DNA of 64,000 nucleotides from Deltaproteobacteria bacterium (GTDB taxonomy: Bacteria; Myxococcota_A; Polyangia; Polyangiales; Houyiibacteriaceae), in contig JAXMNT010000016.1 in assembly GCA_034670305.1 (NCBI GenBank), positions 83,615 to 147,614 of the forward strand. The letters run 5' to 3'. The notes below the pieces were generated by a model. The model was not told where the DNA came from. It made no database searches and saw nothing but the letters and a program-made list of their open reading frames with translations. Each line of letters begins with the position of its first letter. Position 1 is the first letter of the stretch. Position numbers and translations under genes: made by a program. Positions 38,733-48,984 of this stretch are shown piece after piece.

Positions 38733-39568
38733 GGTTGCAGCTTTCGTTCGATCTCTTCGCCGAGTTCGCGCGACCGATCCGTGGCCGCTTCGACCGCGTT
38801 CATCATCGTGGTCCGCAAGCCGCCCGCTTCGAGCACATGGAGCCCCGCGATCGTCGTGCCGCCCGGGCTGCACACCCGGTCCTTCAACCGGCCCGGGTGT
38901 TCTCCCGTCTCGATCAACAGTTGCGCCGCGCCGAGCACCGTCTGCGCGGCGAGCCGCTGCGCGGAAGAGCGGTGCAGACCGACCTTCACGCCCGCGTCCG
39001 CCATGGCTTCGATCATCACGAAGACGAACGCCGGACCGGAACCACTCAATCCCGTGACCGCATCGAGCGCGCTCTCGTCGAGGACCTCGACGATGCCCAC
39101 CGACTCGAAGAGCGCTTCGACCTGGTCGAGATCGTCTTGGCTCGCGTGGCGGCCCTTCGCGATGCCGGTGGCGCCGGCGCGGACCTGAGCCGGCGTGTTC
39201 GGCATCGTGCGCACCACGCGGGTGCCCGGCTCGAGTTGCGCTTCGATGACCCCGGTCGAGACACCGGCCGCGATCGAGACCACGAGCAGATCGGGGCCGG
39301 AGTGGGTTCGGATCTCGGCGAGCACCCGGTCGAAGACCTGGGGTTTGGTCGCGAGCACGAGCACGTCGGCGAACGCGGCGACCTCGGCGTTGGTCGCGGC
39401 TTCGGCGATGCCGAGGCGCGCCGCGAGCTCGTGTCGCTGAGCGGGGCGGGCATCGCCGACCATCAGCTGGTCCGGGCGCGCTGCCTTCGAAGCGATCAAC
39501 GCTTCGAGAATGGTGGTGCCCATCACACCACCTCCAATGACCCCGATGGGGCGATCCGCGAGCTCCAT
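38729..39568 (-). CDS. proC: Pyrroline-5-carboxylate reductase
   Basis: IGGGVMG, LATKPQ, VSIAAGV, RTMPNTP, TGLSGSGPAF, VCSPGGTTIAGL. Confidence 0.96.
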   Translation of the reverse strand: MELADRPIGVIGGGVMGTTILEALIASKAARPDQLMVGDARPAQRHELAARLGIAEAATNAEVAAFADVLVLATKPQVFDRVLAEIRTHSGPDLLVVSIAAGVSTGVIEAQLEPGTRVVRTMPNTPAQVRAGATGIAKGRHASQDDLDQVEALFESVGIVEVLDESALDAVTGLSGSGPAFVFVMIEAMADAGVKVGLHRSSAQRLAAQTVLGAAQLLIETGEHPGRLKDRVCSPGGTTIAGLHVLEAGGLRTTMMNAVEAATDRSRELGEEIERKLQP

Positions 39569-39606
39569 GCCCCCACCCATAGGAGGATCAGGGGCTCTAA
39601 GCCAGC

Positions 39607-39906
39607 GGTGCTGGCTGTGGGAATCGCAGGTGCTGGCCGTGGGAGTCGCAGTGCTGGCCTCGGGAATCGCAGGTGCTGGTCCCGGGAATCGCAAGGGTCG
39701 GGATCGGAGTCGGGGTCGGCTTCGGCTTCGGAGTCGGGGTCGGCTTCGGGGTCGGCTTCGGGGTCGGAGTCGGCTTCGGCGTCGGCTTCGGCGTCGGCGT
39801 CGGCTTCGGCTTCGGAATCGGCTTCGGAATCGGCTTCGGAATCGGAATCGGAATCGGAATCGCTTCGGCTTCGGAATCGGGGTCGGCTTCGGAGACGGAA
39901 TCGGCT
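39607..39906 (+). repeat. Composite tract: ~22-bp unit GGTGCTGGC-TGT-GGGAATCGCA x4, then (TCGGCT/TCGGGG/TCGGAA)n
   Basis: Read directly, between divergent proC and tetR. Confidence 0.85.
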
Positions 39907-39962
39907 GCGGAGTGCCCGGCATGGCAGGTGCTGGCTGATCGCAGGGCAGTGCGAAAATCGGC

Positions 39963-39992
39963 TTGCACGAACTAATCAATCGATACATAAGT
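39963..39992 (+). promoter_or_regulatory. Putative sigma70 promoter/operator of tetR (likely leaderless)
   Basis: TTGCAC-N17-CATAAG with an AT-rich imperfect palindrome ACTAATCAATCGATACATAAGT, just before the GTG at 39998. Confidence 0.45.
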
Positions 39993-39997
39993 TCGAC

Positions 39998-40654
39998 GTG
40001 GCCCGCCCCCGCAACGCCGATGCAGCCCAGACCAGACTTCGCATCCTGGAATGCGCGGTGCGGTGCATCGGAGATCAGGGCATCGCAGGCGTCTCGGTCC
40101 GGGCGATCGGCAAGGCGGCGGGCGTCAGCCTGGCCACGGTGCACCACTACTTCGGTTCGAAGGCGGAGCTGCACGAGCAAGTGCTGGAGTTCTCGTTCCA
40201 GCGGTTCGGCGGACTCCAGTCCGAGCTGGTCGCCGCGCTCGCCGAGCCAGGGTCGGTCGAGTCGAAGATCGAGCGGGCCGCCCGCATCGGGTTTCGGTTC
40301 GGGCTCGCGCACTCCGAGACGAGTCGCATGCTGTTGCGGGCGCAGGTGTTCGATCGCGACGACCCCGCCCTGTCCGAGGTCGCGCACGCCCGGCTGCGGG
40401 AATCGCAGCGAGGGTTTCTGGATCTCGCGAGCATGGGCATCGGTGCGCTTGTCGGCCGACCTCCACGGGAGCTGCGCGTGCCGCTGCAGGGACTGATGAC
40501 GCTGCTGACTCGAATGGCGGTCACCTCGACCGAAGAGCTCCGCATCCTGGCCGGCGCCGATGTGCCGCCGGAAAAAGTGCAGTTCGAAATGGAACGCTAC
40601 GTGGTGCAGGTCGCGCTGGCCACGCTGCTCGAACCACCGAAGAGGACTTCGTGA
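39998..40654 (+). CDS. TetR/AcrR family transcriptional regulator
   Basis: TRLRILECA...GVSVRAIGKAAGVSLATVHHYFGSKAEL. Confidence 0.92.
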   Translation: MARPRNADAAQTRLRILECAVRCIGDQGIAGVSVRAIGKAAGVSLATVHHYFGSKAELHEQVLEFSFQRFGGLQSELVAALAEPGSVESKIERAARIGFRFGLAHSETSRMLLRAQVFDRDDPALSEVAHARLRESQRGFLDLASMGIGALVGRPPRELRVPLQGLMTLLTRMAVTSTEELRILAGADVPPEKVQFEMERYVVQVALATLLEPPKRTS

Positions 40655-41271
40655 ACCAGAACGTGCCCGACCATTTGGAAGCCGAACCCGCGATCGAAGC
40701 CGAAGCCGGCCCGAAGAAACGCATCTGGCCACGCCTCGCGGCGCTCGCCGCCCTGCTCGTGGCGGCGTGGATCGGCATCGAGTGGTTCGGGCTGCGTGAG
40801 GCACTCACCCAAGAAGCGATCCGCGATTTGGTCGCCGGTGCGGGCGTGTGGGGCGTGCTCATGTACCTCGGTGTCTTCAGTGGTGGCACCCTCGTGCATC
40901 TTCCAGGCATCGCGTTTCTCGTCGGCGCGCGCATCGCGTGGGGCCCGGCGATGGGCATGGCGATCGGCTACGTGGGCGCGGTCTGTGCGGTGACCGTTTC
41001 GTTCCTCATCGTGCGCGGCGTGGGCGGCAAGGCACTCGCCGAGATCCGCTGGAAACCGGCGCGACGCGTGCTCGCTGGTCTGGAACGCAAACCGATCCGG
41101 ACTCTGGTCGCATTGCGCACGTTCTTCTCGGTGTCGCCGCCGCTCAACTACGCGCTCGCGCTCTCCCCGCTCCGGTTCCGAACCTACGTGGTCGGCTCCG
41201 CCATCGGCCTGGTCGTGCCCGTCGCGTTCGTGGTCGGTCTCTCCGACATCGTGCTCCGGTGTTTGTCGTGA
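40651..41271 (+). CDS. TVP38/TMEM64 (DedA/VTT) family membrane protein
   Basis: GVWG...HLPG..F..G....WG...G; LNYALALSPLRFRTYVVGSAIG..P. Confidence 0.85.
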   Translation: MNQNVPDHLEAEPAIEAEAGPKKRIWPRLAALAALLVAAWIGIEWFGLREALTQEAIRDLVAGAGVWGVLMYLGVFSGGTLVHLPGIAFLVGARIAWGPAMGMAIGYVGAVCAVTVSFLIVRGVGGKALAEIRWKPARRVLAGLERKPIRTLVALRTFFSVSPPLNYALALSPLRFRTYVVGSAIGLVVPVAFVVGLSDIVLRCLS

Positions 41272-42266
41272 TGCGCGCCGCACGCATCCACGCCTACGGC
41301 GACGCCGACCAGCTTCGGCTCGAAGACGTCGAACTTCCGACCTGCGGTCCAGACGACCTCCGAGTCGAAGTGAAGGCGGCGGCGATCAATCCGATCGACT
41401 TCAAACTCCGCGGCGGTGGGCAGCGGGCGGTGGTCCGACTCGCCCTCCCCTGGACGCTCGGCATGGACGTCGCTGGTGTCGTGCTGGAAGTCGGCGCGCG
41501 GGTGCGCGACTTCTCCGTCGGCGACGAGATCTACGCGTCGCCCGGTCACCGGCGCATGGGGGGCTACGCGGAACAGATCGTGATTCGTGCGGCGGAGTGC
41601 GCCCGCAAACCGACGTCGCTGTCCTTCGAAGAAGCGGCCTCCGTGCCGCTCGCCGCGCTCACCGCGTGGGATGCATTGGTGGACGCTTGCAAGGTCGGCG
41701 AAGGCGACCGGGTCTTGATCCAAGCCGGCGCGGGCGGGGTTGGCACCTTCGCCATCCAGCTCGCGAAAGCGCGCGGCGCAGAGGTCCTGACGACGTGCAG
41801 CGCGCGCAACGTGGAGCACGTACGCTCGCTCGGCGCCGATGTCGCGATCGACTACCACACGAGCGACTACGCGGAGATCGCGAAGGACTGCGACGCGGTG
41901 CTCGAGTCCATCGGCGGCGAACACATCGACCGCGCGATCCGCACCGTGCGGCGGGGCGGAACGGTCGCCGTGATCTCACCGGGGCTGCCGACCTTCAGCA
42001 AACGACACGGGCCGGTACTCGGCGTGTTCGTCCTCGCGGGGCACATCCTGCGCTGGATCATCGGCGCCCGTCTCTCGCGGGGCGTGAAGGTCAAACTCGT
42101 GACCCGGAAGGCGCGCGGCCACGTCTTGCGCGAGCTCGCCACCCTCATCGACCAAGGCACCATCCGCCCGGTGGTCGATCGGGTGTTCCCACTCGACCAA
42201 GTCTCCGATGCCCACCGCTACCTCGAACAAGGGCACGCGCGCGGCAAGGTCGTCCTCGCCATCTAG
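41271..42266 (+). CDS. NADP-dependent oxidoreductase (quinone-reductase-like MDR family)
   Basis: MRAARIHAYG, AINPID, LGMDVAG, AGAGGVGTFAIQLAK, GHARGKVVL. Confidence 0.92.
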   Translation: MRAARIHAYGDADQLRLEDVELPTCGPDDLRVEVKAAAINPIDFKLRGGGQRAVVRLALPWTLGMDVAGVVLEVGARVRDFSVGDEIYASPGHRRMGGYAEQIVIRAAECARKPTSLSFEEAASVPLAALTAWDALVDACKVGEGDRVLIQAGAGGVGTFAIQLAKARGAEVLTTCSARNVEHVRSLGADVAIDYHTSDYAEIAKDCDAVLESIGGEHIDRAIRTVRRGGTVAVISPGLPTFSKRHGPVLGVFVLAGHILRWIIGARLSRGVKVKLVTRKARGHVLRELATLIDQGTIRPVVDRVFPLDQVSDAHRYLEQGHARGKVVLAI

Positions 42267-42274
42267 AGCCCCCG

Positions 42275-42412
42275 TCGGCATCGGCACCGGCTTCGGCTTC
42301 GGGCTTCGGGCTTCGCCATCGGCACCGCCATCGGCTTCGGCACCCGCTTCGGCTTCGGCATCGGCTTCGGCATCGGCTTCGGCATCGGCTTCGGCATCGG
42401 CTTCGGCTTCGG
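42275..42412 (+). repeat. Intergenic hexamer tract (TCGGCT/TCGGCA)n
   Basis: Lies between the convergent oxidoreductase and HNH genes. Confidence 0.9.
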
Positions 42413-42427
42413 TGGAGAACAGAAGCG

Positions 42428-43021
42428 TCAGCCCGCTTTTCGGACCCGCAGCGTCTCGAGGAACGGCTCCCAGTCCGGCACGAATTCCTTCACGCCGGAG
42501 AGCTGCACGACCACCGTCCAGGTCGGACGCTCGGGCTTGTTGCGGAGCGTGAGCCCCGCTTCGACGGGCGTCCGCCGCCCCTTCGACAGGTTGCAGGGAC
42601 GGCAGCAGGTGACGAGGTTCTCCCAGCTCGAACCGCCCCCTCGCGACCGAGGCATCACGTGGTCGATCGTGAGGTCGCCCGCCGCGCCGCAGTACATGCA
42701 CGTGTGCCCATCGCGAAGGAAGACGTTGCGCCGAGAGAGTCGGAGCGGCGTTCGGGGGACGCGGTTGTAGCTGCGCAGCAAGACGATGCGCGGTACCCGA
42801 AGTTCCCCCGAGGGCGTGCGCACGCCGAGTTGGTCTTCTTCCACTGGCAGCGTGGACCAGGTCGAAAAGTCATATGGCTCGTACCGCGAATCGAGACCGT
42901 CGGCGCGACCTGCGTAGAGCATCGTGAACGCTTGCCGTGCCGTGGTGATGCGGACGGGTTGAAAGCCACGGTTGAGAACCAATACCGGCGTGGCCAGTAC
43001 ATCGCGCGCCGGATGAGTCAC
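42428..43021 (-). CDS. HNH endonuclease (McrA-like)
   Basis: VLVLN, SRRNVFLRD..C.YCG, TIDHV.PRSRGG.SSWENLV..C..CN..KG. Confidence 0.92.
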   Translation of the reverse strand: MTHPARDVLATPVLVLNRGFQPVRITTARQAFTMLYAGRADGLDSRYEPYDFSTWSTLPVEEDQLGVRTPSGELRVPRIVLLRSYNRVPRTPLRLSRRNVFLRDGHTCMYCGAAGDLTIDHVMPRSRGGGSSWENLVTCCRPCNLSKGRRTPVEAGLTLRNKPERPTWTVVVQLSGVKEFVPDWEPFLETLRVRKAG

Positions 43022-43094
43022 GGAAGCAGAGTAAGAGCCCAATGCAGGGGGTCAATGGTGCGCGCCGAAACGCCGATGCCAGCGGGGGGTCGCG

Positions 43095-44645
43095 TCAGGA
43101 CCAGCTGGCTTCGAGTCGATCTTGGGCGTCGCCGAGCGCCATGGCTTCGGCCAACCGCACTTCCACATCCCGCCCGCCGGCGCGGTCGAGCGCGCGATCG
43201 AGAAACCCGACCATCATCACGCTGCGGGCAAGATGCGGGAACGGCTGGTTGGCGATGTCGAGCAACCCGTAGCCGCGACCCACCTCCCGAACGCGTGGCT
43301 CGCCATCGACGAACAGCCGCGTCCACAGCTCGCCGCTGCTCGCGAAGACCAGCTCGGGAGGCACGCCGGCGGGGAGCAAGCCTGCCTCATGGCATGCGTC
43401 CGCGAGACGCCGCCCCGCATCGGCCACCAACCGCCGCTCCATGCCGGCGAGTTCGTCGGCCGCGTCGAGCAACGCGAGCACCGAATCCGAGGTGCTGGGC
43501 TCGCCGTCGAGCAGCGAGGTCCCGACCGAAGACTCGAGCTGCCGCAGCACCATGGTCGGCACCGAAGCCCTGAGCTCGTCGAGGATCGCCCCCACCACTT
43601 CGGAAGCGACCTGACCTTCGCCGAGCGCTGGGCCCCCGGCGGTCTGGTCGCGTTCGCGTCGGGTGAGTTCACGAAGGTCGAGCGTGAAGGTGTCGGTCGG
43701 CTCGGGGTCGTCGTTCGGGGTGGGACCGCCGAAGGGGATGAGCGCGTTCTGCATCTCGAGCGCGGTCTGAAAGCGCGCCTCGGGATCCTTTTCCATCGCG
43801 CGCTGGACGATCGCGTCGAGCGCCTCGGAGATGCCCGGCAGCATGACCCGCAGCGGCGGCGCCGGCGTGTGAAGGATCTGCGCGCAGAGCTCCACGACGT
43901 TGCGTTCCTGGAACGGCCGCTCGCCGGTCAGCAGCTCGAACAGCAGGACGCCCGCGGCGTACACGTCCACCCGTGGATCTCGGGGCGAGCCGCCTCGGAC
44001 GACCTCGGGCGCGGTGTAGAACGGCGTGCCCATCGCGCGTCCCATGGGGGTCAGCTGGCGTTCGCTCGCGAAGCTCTCGTGCGCTTCGAGCAGCGCCGCC
44101 ACCCCGAAGTCGCAGATCTTGACCTGCCACACGCCCGGGCCGGAGCTCAACAGGACGTTCTCTGGCTTGAGATCTCGATGCACGACGCCGCGCCCATGGA
44201 CCGCAGAGAGCGCGGCCAATGCTTGGCCAACCACGGAGACCGCGTCGTGTTCCGGGAGGTGGCCCTGTTCGCGCAGGACCGTCTGGAGGCTGTGGCCCCG
44301 GACATACTCCATCACGATGAACGGGCTGCCCGCGTGCATGCCCATGTCGAAGATCTCGACCACGTTGGGGTGGTCGACGCCAGCCGCGGCCTGGGCTTCC
44401 CGCTGAAACCGGGCCAGCGCCACGCCATCGTCGGCCAGGTGGGGGTGCAACACCTTCAGGGCCACCGTGCGGCCCACGTTGGTGTTCACCGCCTTGTAGA
44501 CCACCCCCATGCCGCCGACCCCGAGGACCCTTCGGACCCGGTACTTGCCGCCGATCAAAGCGCCGATGCGGTGACTTGCGCCGCGCGCGGAGGCCGCCGC
44601 TGTGGCTGCTGGACTCACCCGTCCAGGGTCCACGGCAGATGCCAT
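43095..44645 (-). CDS. Ser/Thr protein kinase with C-terminal myxobacterial (DUF2378/V4R-like) domain
   Basis: [34 protein letters not shown]. Confidence 0.93.
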   Translation of the reverse strand: MASAVDPGRVSPAATAAASARGASHRIGALIGGKYRVRRVLGVGGMGVVYKAVNTNVGRTVALKVLHPHLADDGVALARFQREAQAAAGVDHPNVVEIFDMGMHAGSPFIVMEYVRGHSLQTVLREQGHLPEHDAVSVVGQALAALSAVHGRGVVHRDLKPENVLLSSGPGVWQVKICDFGVAALLEAHESFASERQLTPMGRAMGTPFYTAPEVVRGGSPRDPRVDVYAAGVLLFELLTGERPFQERNVVELCAQILHTPAPPLRVMLPGISEALDAIVQRAMEKDPEARFQTALEMQNALIPFGGPTPNDDPEPTDTFTLDLRELTRRERDQTAGGPALGEGQVASEVVGAILDELRASVPTMVLRQLESSVGTSLLDGEPSTSDSVLALLDAADELAGMERRLVADAGRRLADACHEAGLLPAGVPPELVFASSGELWTRLFVDGEPRVREVGRGYGLLDIANQPFPHLARSVMMVGFLDRALDRAGGRDVEVRLAEAMALGDAQDRLEASWS

Positions 44646-44828
44646 CGGGTCAATGCCAAGAACGTTACAACGTGCAGCACTGCGACCTCGGCAACCGCGC
44701 TGCGGTCCCGAACAGCCCAGCCAGCACGGCTCGAAACAGCGTCTGGTCCGAGGAAACCCATGCGTCGCAGGAAGAAGGAAACGCGACGCCACAGACAACT
44801 GCGCCGGCCAAGACCCGAGGACGGGCCC

Positions 44829-46430
44829 ATGCAACACCCACATCGGCCTACATGTCGCTTCCTTCTCCTGACCTGCCTGCTCGGGTGCTGGTCCCTCGAC
44901 TCGCCCCAAGCACCGGACGCCCACCCCACCGACGGTCCGACAGACGTGCCCGACGACGTGCCCTTCTACGCGGAGGTCGAGTCGCTGGAGGTGCTCGATC
45001 GGAGCGACCGCGCCTGGCCGCTCGACGGTGCGCCCCGCCGGCCGACACTGAGGCTACGGTTCAACACGGCTCTGGCGGAGGACGACGTGGTCTTCTTGCT
45101 CGCCACGAACGATCTGACGGCGGTCGCCGCGGACCTCGCCCGCAAGCCGCTGCTTGTCGCCCACCAGCGGGTACGGGTCCCAGCGCGCATGGAGTTCGCG
45201 GGCGCGGAGGTGTTGCTCGAACCGGAGGCGCCACTGGACCTCGACACCACCTACATCCTAGGTCTCGCCGATTGGGCACGGACGCGGGACGGCGACCGCT
45301 TTCGCTCGTACGCCGTCCAGCTGACGACCCTCGCGGCGGACGCGGGTGCGGACGTGGTCGGGAGCTGGCCGCCGGGCGGCGCAGCCGGGGTGCCCGTGAC
45401 GCTCGGGTTCGCGGCCATTCGCTTCGACGACGAGTTTCACGGGCTCGCGGGCATCGGGATGCGTGGCGAAGGACCGGTACGCACCGAGGTGCGACGCGAG
45501 CCATGCGATGGACTCGGATGGGGATCGGGGACGTGCGCCGTGCTCGGATGGGAAGGACCGCTGCATCCGGGCCGCGAGTACACACTCACCGTGGACGACC
45601 GCATCGTGGATCGCGCCGGCGCGTCGATCGGTCCTTGGTCGTCCACGTTCCGAACCGGCCTCGCCCCGTCGGAAGGTCCGCGGCTCATTCCACTCGAGTG
45701 CGCGCCGGACGAGATCTCGCTCGAGGGGCTGTGCGTGCTCGCGGACGAACACTCCGTTCGGGTACGCGGCGCGTGCGATCAGGCGGTCCGCGCGTTTCTC
45801 CGCGCGAGCTCCGGAAGCGACCGACAGATCGCCACCCGGGGTGAGATCGACGTGGCGATCGATGGGCAGCCCGAGGAGACGACGCTGGACGCTGAGCTCC
45901 AGCTTCATGGGCTCGGAGGAGAAACGCTCGTGCTTCCGCTGACGCTGGCGACGACCAGCGCACTGGCCACGCTCACCATCGCCGAGGTGCGTGCCGATCC
46001 CCGCGGGCCCGAACCGAGGCAGGAATACGTCGAGGTGTTGAACTTCGGGAGCGCGCCCGTCAGCCTGCTCGGCGTGAGCCTTTCGGACCGACCAGACCGC
46101 CTCGGGGACGTGATCGAAGTGGACGCGTCGATCCCGGCCGGCGGGCGCGCGCTCCTGGTCCCCGATGCGTTCGACCCGAACCATCCGGACGACCCGGCGG
46201 TTCCGGACGGCATTCCGCTGGTGCGCATTGGATCGTCGCTCGCGAGCGGCGGGCTCTCCAACGCAGGCGAACCGCTCTACCTCCGCGACGCGGCGCTGCA
46301 GCGTCTCTCGACCGTGGACGCTGCACCGGCACCGGGGCCCGGCGTGTGCCTGGTCCGAAACGCAGCGGTGCGGAGCGGGCCGACGGTGTCTTCGGAATGC
46401 ACGCCCGGGCGCGCGACGAGCGCGGACTGA
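44829..46430 (+). CDS. Lipoprotein with Ig-like (Big_5-type) domains and a C-terminal lamin-tail domain
   Basis: Lipobox LLGC; L.P..PL...TTY.L repeats; I.EV.ADP...EYVE..N, GLSNAGE.L.L. Confidence 0.75.
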   Translation: MQHPHRPTCRFLLLTCLLGCWSLDSPQAPDAHPTDGPTDVPDDVPFYAEVESLEVLDRSDRAWPLDGAPRRPTLRLRFNTALAEDDVVFLLATNDLTAVAADLARKPLLVAHQRVRVPARMEFAGAEVLLEPEAPLDLDTTYILGLADWARTRDGDRFRSYAVQLTTLAADAGADVVGSWPPGGAAGVPVTLGFAAIRFDDEFHGLAGIGMRGEGPVRTEVRREPCDGLGWGSGTCAVLGWEGPLHPGREYTLTVDDRIVDRAGASIGPWSSTFRTGLAPSEGPRLIPLECAPDEISLEGLCVLADEHSVRVRGACDQAVRAFLRASSGSDRQIATRGEIDVAIDGQPEETTLDAELQLHGLGGETLVLPLTLATTSALATLTIAEVRADPRGPEPRQEYVEVLNFGSAPVSLLGVSLSDRPDRLGDVIEVDASIPAGGRALLVPDAFDPNHPDDPAVPDGIPLVRIGSSLASGGLSNAGEPLYLRDAALQRLSTVDAAPAPGPGVCLVRNAAVRSGPTVSSECTPGRATSAD

Positions 46431-46431
46431 C

Positions 46432-48711
46432 GTGCGGCCCCCTCAGAACGACTCGCCGCGCGAGGTTCAAGTCGAAGGCGTGGTGGAGGAGATCGTTTTC
46501 CAAACCCCGGACGCACGGTTTGCGGTGGTCGTGATCCGTCCGACGAAAGCGAGCACCGCACGCGAAGCCAGAGAGGACGCGGCCGAGAAGAGCGTTTCGG
46601 ACAGCCAAGACCGTGTTTCGGGCGACGCTTTGGGCGAGCCCGTACTGCGCGCCGTCGGGGACCTCGGGCAAGTCGCGATCGGCGAGACGCTCCGCATGCG
46701 TGGCACATGGGCGAAGCACTCGAAGTTCGGCAAGCAGCTCAAGGTGCGTTCGTTCACGCCGGTGATCCCGACCACCGGCGAGGGGATCCGGAAGTACCTC
46801 GGATCGGGTCTCGTCCCTGGCATCGGCAAAGGGCTCGCCGGCCGGCTTGTCGATGCGTTCGGCGACGAGACCCTCGAGATCATCGCGACCCAATCCGGAC
46901 GGCTCCGCGAGGTGCCCGGCATCGGCAAGTCACGCGCCGGCAAGATCGCGGATGCCGTGCGGGTCCGCCGCGACGAAGCGGAGGGGTTGGCGTTCTTGCA
47001 TGGGCTGGGGCTCGGACCCGCGCTCGCCCGGCGCGTCTTCCGAAAGTACGGCGTGGATGCCGGCCGCCAACTCAAAGACGATCCGTACCTCGTCGCCGAA
47101 CAGGTGCGCGGCGTCGGGTTCAAGACCGCGGACCTCATCGGACACGCGGTGGGCATCGGGTCGGACGATCCGAGACGCGCGGCGGGTGCCGTCCTTCACG
47201 TGCTCGCCCGCGGCGCCGACGACGGGCACGTGTTCCTGGAGCGCACGGAGATCGAGACGCGGACCCGAAAGCTGGACGTCCCTGGAGAACGGGTCGACGA
47301 AGCGATCGATGCACTGGATGCGCGCGGCCTCGTCCACCTGGATGGAGACGCTGTCTACCCGCCGCCGCTCTTCGCCGCGGAGTGCGCCGTCGCGAAGCAG
47401 CTCGCGGTGCTCTCTCGCGCGCGCAAGGCGCTCCCGAACCTCGAGTCCGCCGTGGCCAAGGGCGCGGAGGGCCAAGAACTGAGTGCCACCCAGACCGATG
47501 CGGTGCGGGCCTCGCTCGAAGCCGGTTTGATGGTGCTCACGGGCGGCCCCGGCACCGGCAAGACGACCACCGTGAAGGCCATCGTGCGCGCCCAGGAAGC
47601 GGCTGGCCGCCGAGTGCTGCTCTGCGCACCCACGGGGCGCGCGGCGAAGCGGTTGTCGGACGCCACCGATCGAGAAGCCTCCACCATCCACCGGCTGCTC
47701 CAATGGAACCCGCAGCGGCGCGAGTTCCAGCGCGATTCAGCGAACCCGCTCGACGCCGAGATCGTGCTCGTCGACGAAGCTTCGATGGTGGACCTCCAGC
47801 TCGCTGGCCACCTGGTCGCGGCGGTCGCGCCGAGTTCGCGCCTCGTGCTGGTCGGGGACGTGGATCAGCTCCCGCCGGTCAGCGCCGGTCAGGTCTTGCG
47901 CGAAGTCATCGCGTCGGATGTGCCCCGGGTGGTGCGCCTGCAGGAAGTCTTTCGGCAGGCCGAGAAGAGCGCCATCGTGCGCGGCGCCCACGCGCTCCTG
48001 CGCGGAAGCGTGCCCACCCCCACACCCGCGCGCGAGCACGCCCCGACCGAAGCCGACGACGAACAACTCGGCGACCTCTTCGTCGTCCGCGCGAAACAAG
48101 CGCCGCGGATCCGCGAGTTGCTCGTCGCGCTCCTCTCTCGGATGACCAAGACCTACGGGTTCGACCCACTGAAGGACGTGCAGGTCCTCACGCCGATGCG
48201 CCGCGGTCCGCTCGGCACCGAGAGTCTGAACGAGCTCCTGCAGATCGCGCTCAACGGCGGCGCCGATCCCAAGCGCGCGGGCATGCTCTTCCCGGGCGAC
48301 AAGGTCATGCAACTGCGCAACGACTACGAACGCGAAGTCTTCAACGGCGACCTCGGGCTCGTGCGGCGGGTGGAGGGGGGCATCACCTACGTGATGGTGG
48401 ACGGGCGCGAGGTGAAGTACGCGATCGACGACCTCGACGCGCTCACCCTCGCCTACTGCAGCACGATCCACAAAGTACAGGGCAGCGAGTTTCCCGCCGT
48501 CGTCGTCATCCTGCACCCAAGCCACCACGTGCTTCTCTCGCGCGCCTTGGTCTACACCGCCGTCACCCGCGCCAAGAAACTCGTCGTCCTCCTCGGCGAC
48601 CCCACCGCCATCGCCCGCGCCGCCCGCAACGTCGAATCCCACGAGAGCAACTCCCGCCTCGCCGCCCGCCTCCGCCACGCCGACCAAGACCGCGACCAAG
48701 ACGACTCGTAG
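46432..48711 (+). CDS. recD2: ATP-dependent RecD-like DNA helicase
   Basis: [70 protein letters not shown]. Confidence 0.95.
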   Translation: MRPPQNDSPREVQVEGVVEEIVFQTPDARFAVVVIRPTKASTAREAREDAAEKSVSDSQDRVSGDALGEPVLRAVGDLGQVAIGETLRMRGTWAKHSKFGKQLKVRSFTPVIPTTGEGIRKYLGSGLVPGIGKGLAGRLVDAFGDETLEIIATQSGRLREVPGIGKSRAGKIADAVRVRRDEAEGLAFLHGLGLGPALARRVFRKYGVDAGRQLKDDPYLVAEQVRGVGFKTADLIGHAVGIGSDDPRRAAGAVLHVLARGADDGHVFLERTEIETRTRKLDVPGERVDEAIDALDARGLVHLDGDAVYPPPLFAAECAVAKQLAVLSRARKALPNLESAVAKGAEGQELSATQTDAVRASLEAGLMVLTGGPGTGKTTTVKAIVRAQEAAGRRVLLCAPTGRAAKRLSDATDREASTIHRLLQWNPQRREFQRDSANPLDAEIVLVDEASMVDLQLAGHLVAAVAPSSRLVLVGDVDQLPPVSAGQVLREVIASDVPRVVRLQEVFRQAEKSAIVRGAHALLRGSVPTPTPAREHAPTEADDEQLGDLFVVRAKQAPRIRELLVALLSRMTKTYGFDPLKDVQVLTPMRRGPLGTESLNELLQIALNGGADPKRAGMLFPGDKVMQLRNDYEREVFNGDLGLVRRVEGGITYVMVDGREVKYAIDDLDALTLAYCSTIHKVQGSEFPAVVVILHPSHHVLLSRALVYTAVTRAKKLVVLLGDPTAIARAARNVESHESNSRLAARLRHADQDRDQDDS

Positions 48712-48762
48712 CTCGCGGGCGCGATCGGACGAAAAACCGCCCGGATTCGGGGAATCGGCGTC

Positions 48763-48965
48763 GAATCGGATTCGGTGTCGGATTGGATTCGGCGTCGGCT
48801 GCGGCGTCGCCCGCGGCCTCGGCGTCGGCTTCGGCGTCGGCTTCGGCGTCGGCTTCGGCGTCGGCTTCGGCTTCGGCTTCGGCTTCGGCTTCGGCGTCGA
48901 GTTCGGCTTCGGCTTCGGATTCGGATTCGGCTGCGGCTTCAGCGTCGGCTTCCGCTTCCGCTTCC
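48763..48965 (+). repeat. Intergenic hexamer tract (TCGGCN/TCGGAT)n ending in TCCGCT
   Basis: Lies between convergent recD2 and the serine hydrolase. Confidence 0.92.
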
Positions 48966-48984
48966 TCCGGCCTTCGCCCCTCGC

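Noticed and set aside
39607-39693. Possible mini-CRISPR (22-bp repeats)
   Set aside because: Contiguous degenerate units without spacers.
42428-43021. HNH gene as IscB/Cas9-like or part of a defence island
   Set aside because: Short stand-alone McrA-like HNH without RuvC motifs, ncRNA or neighbouring defence genes.
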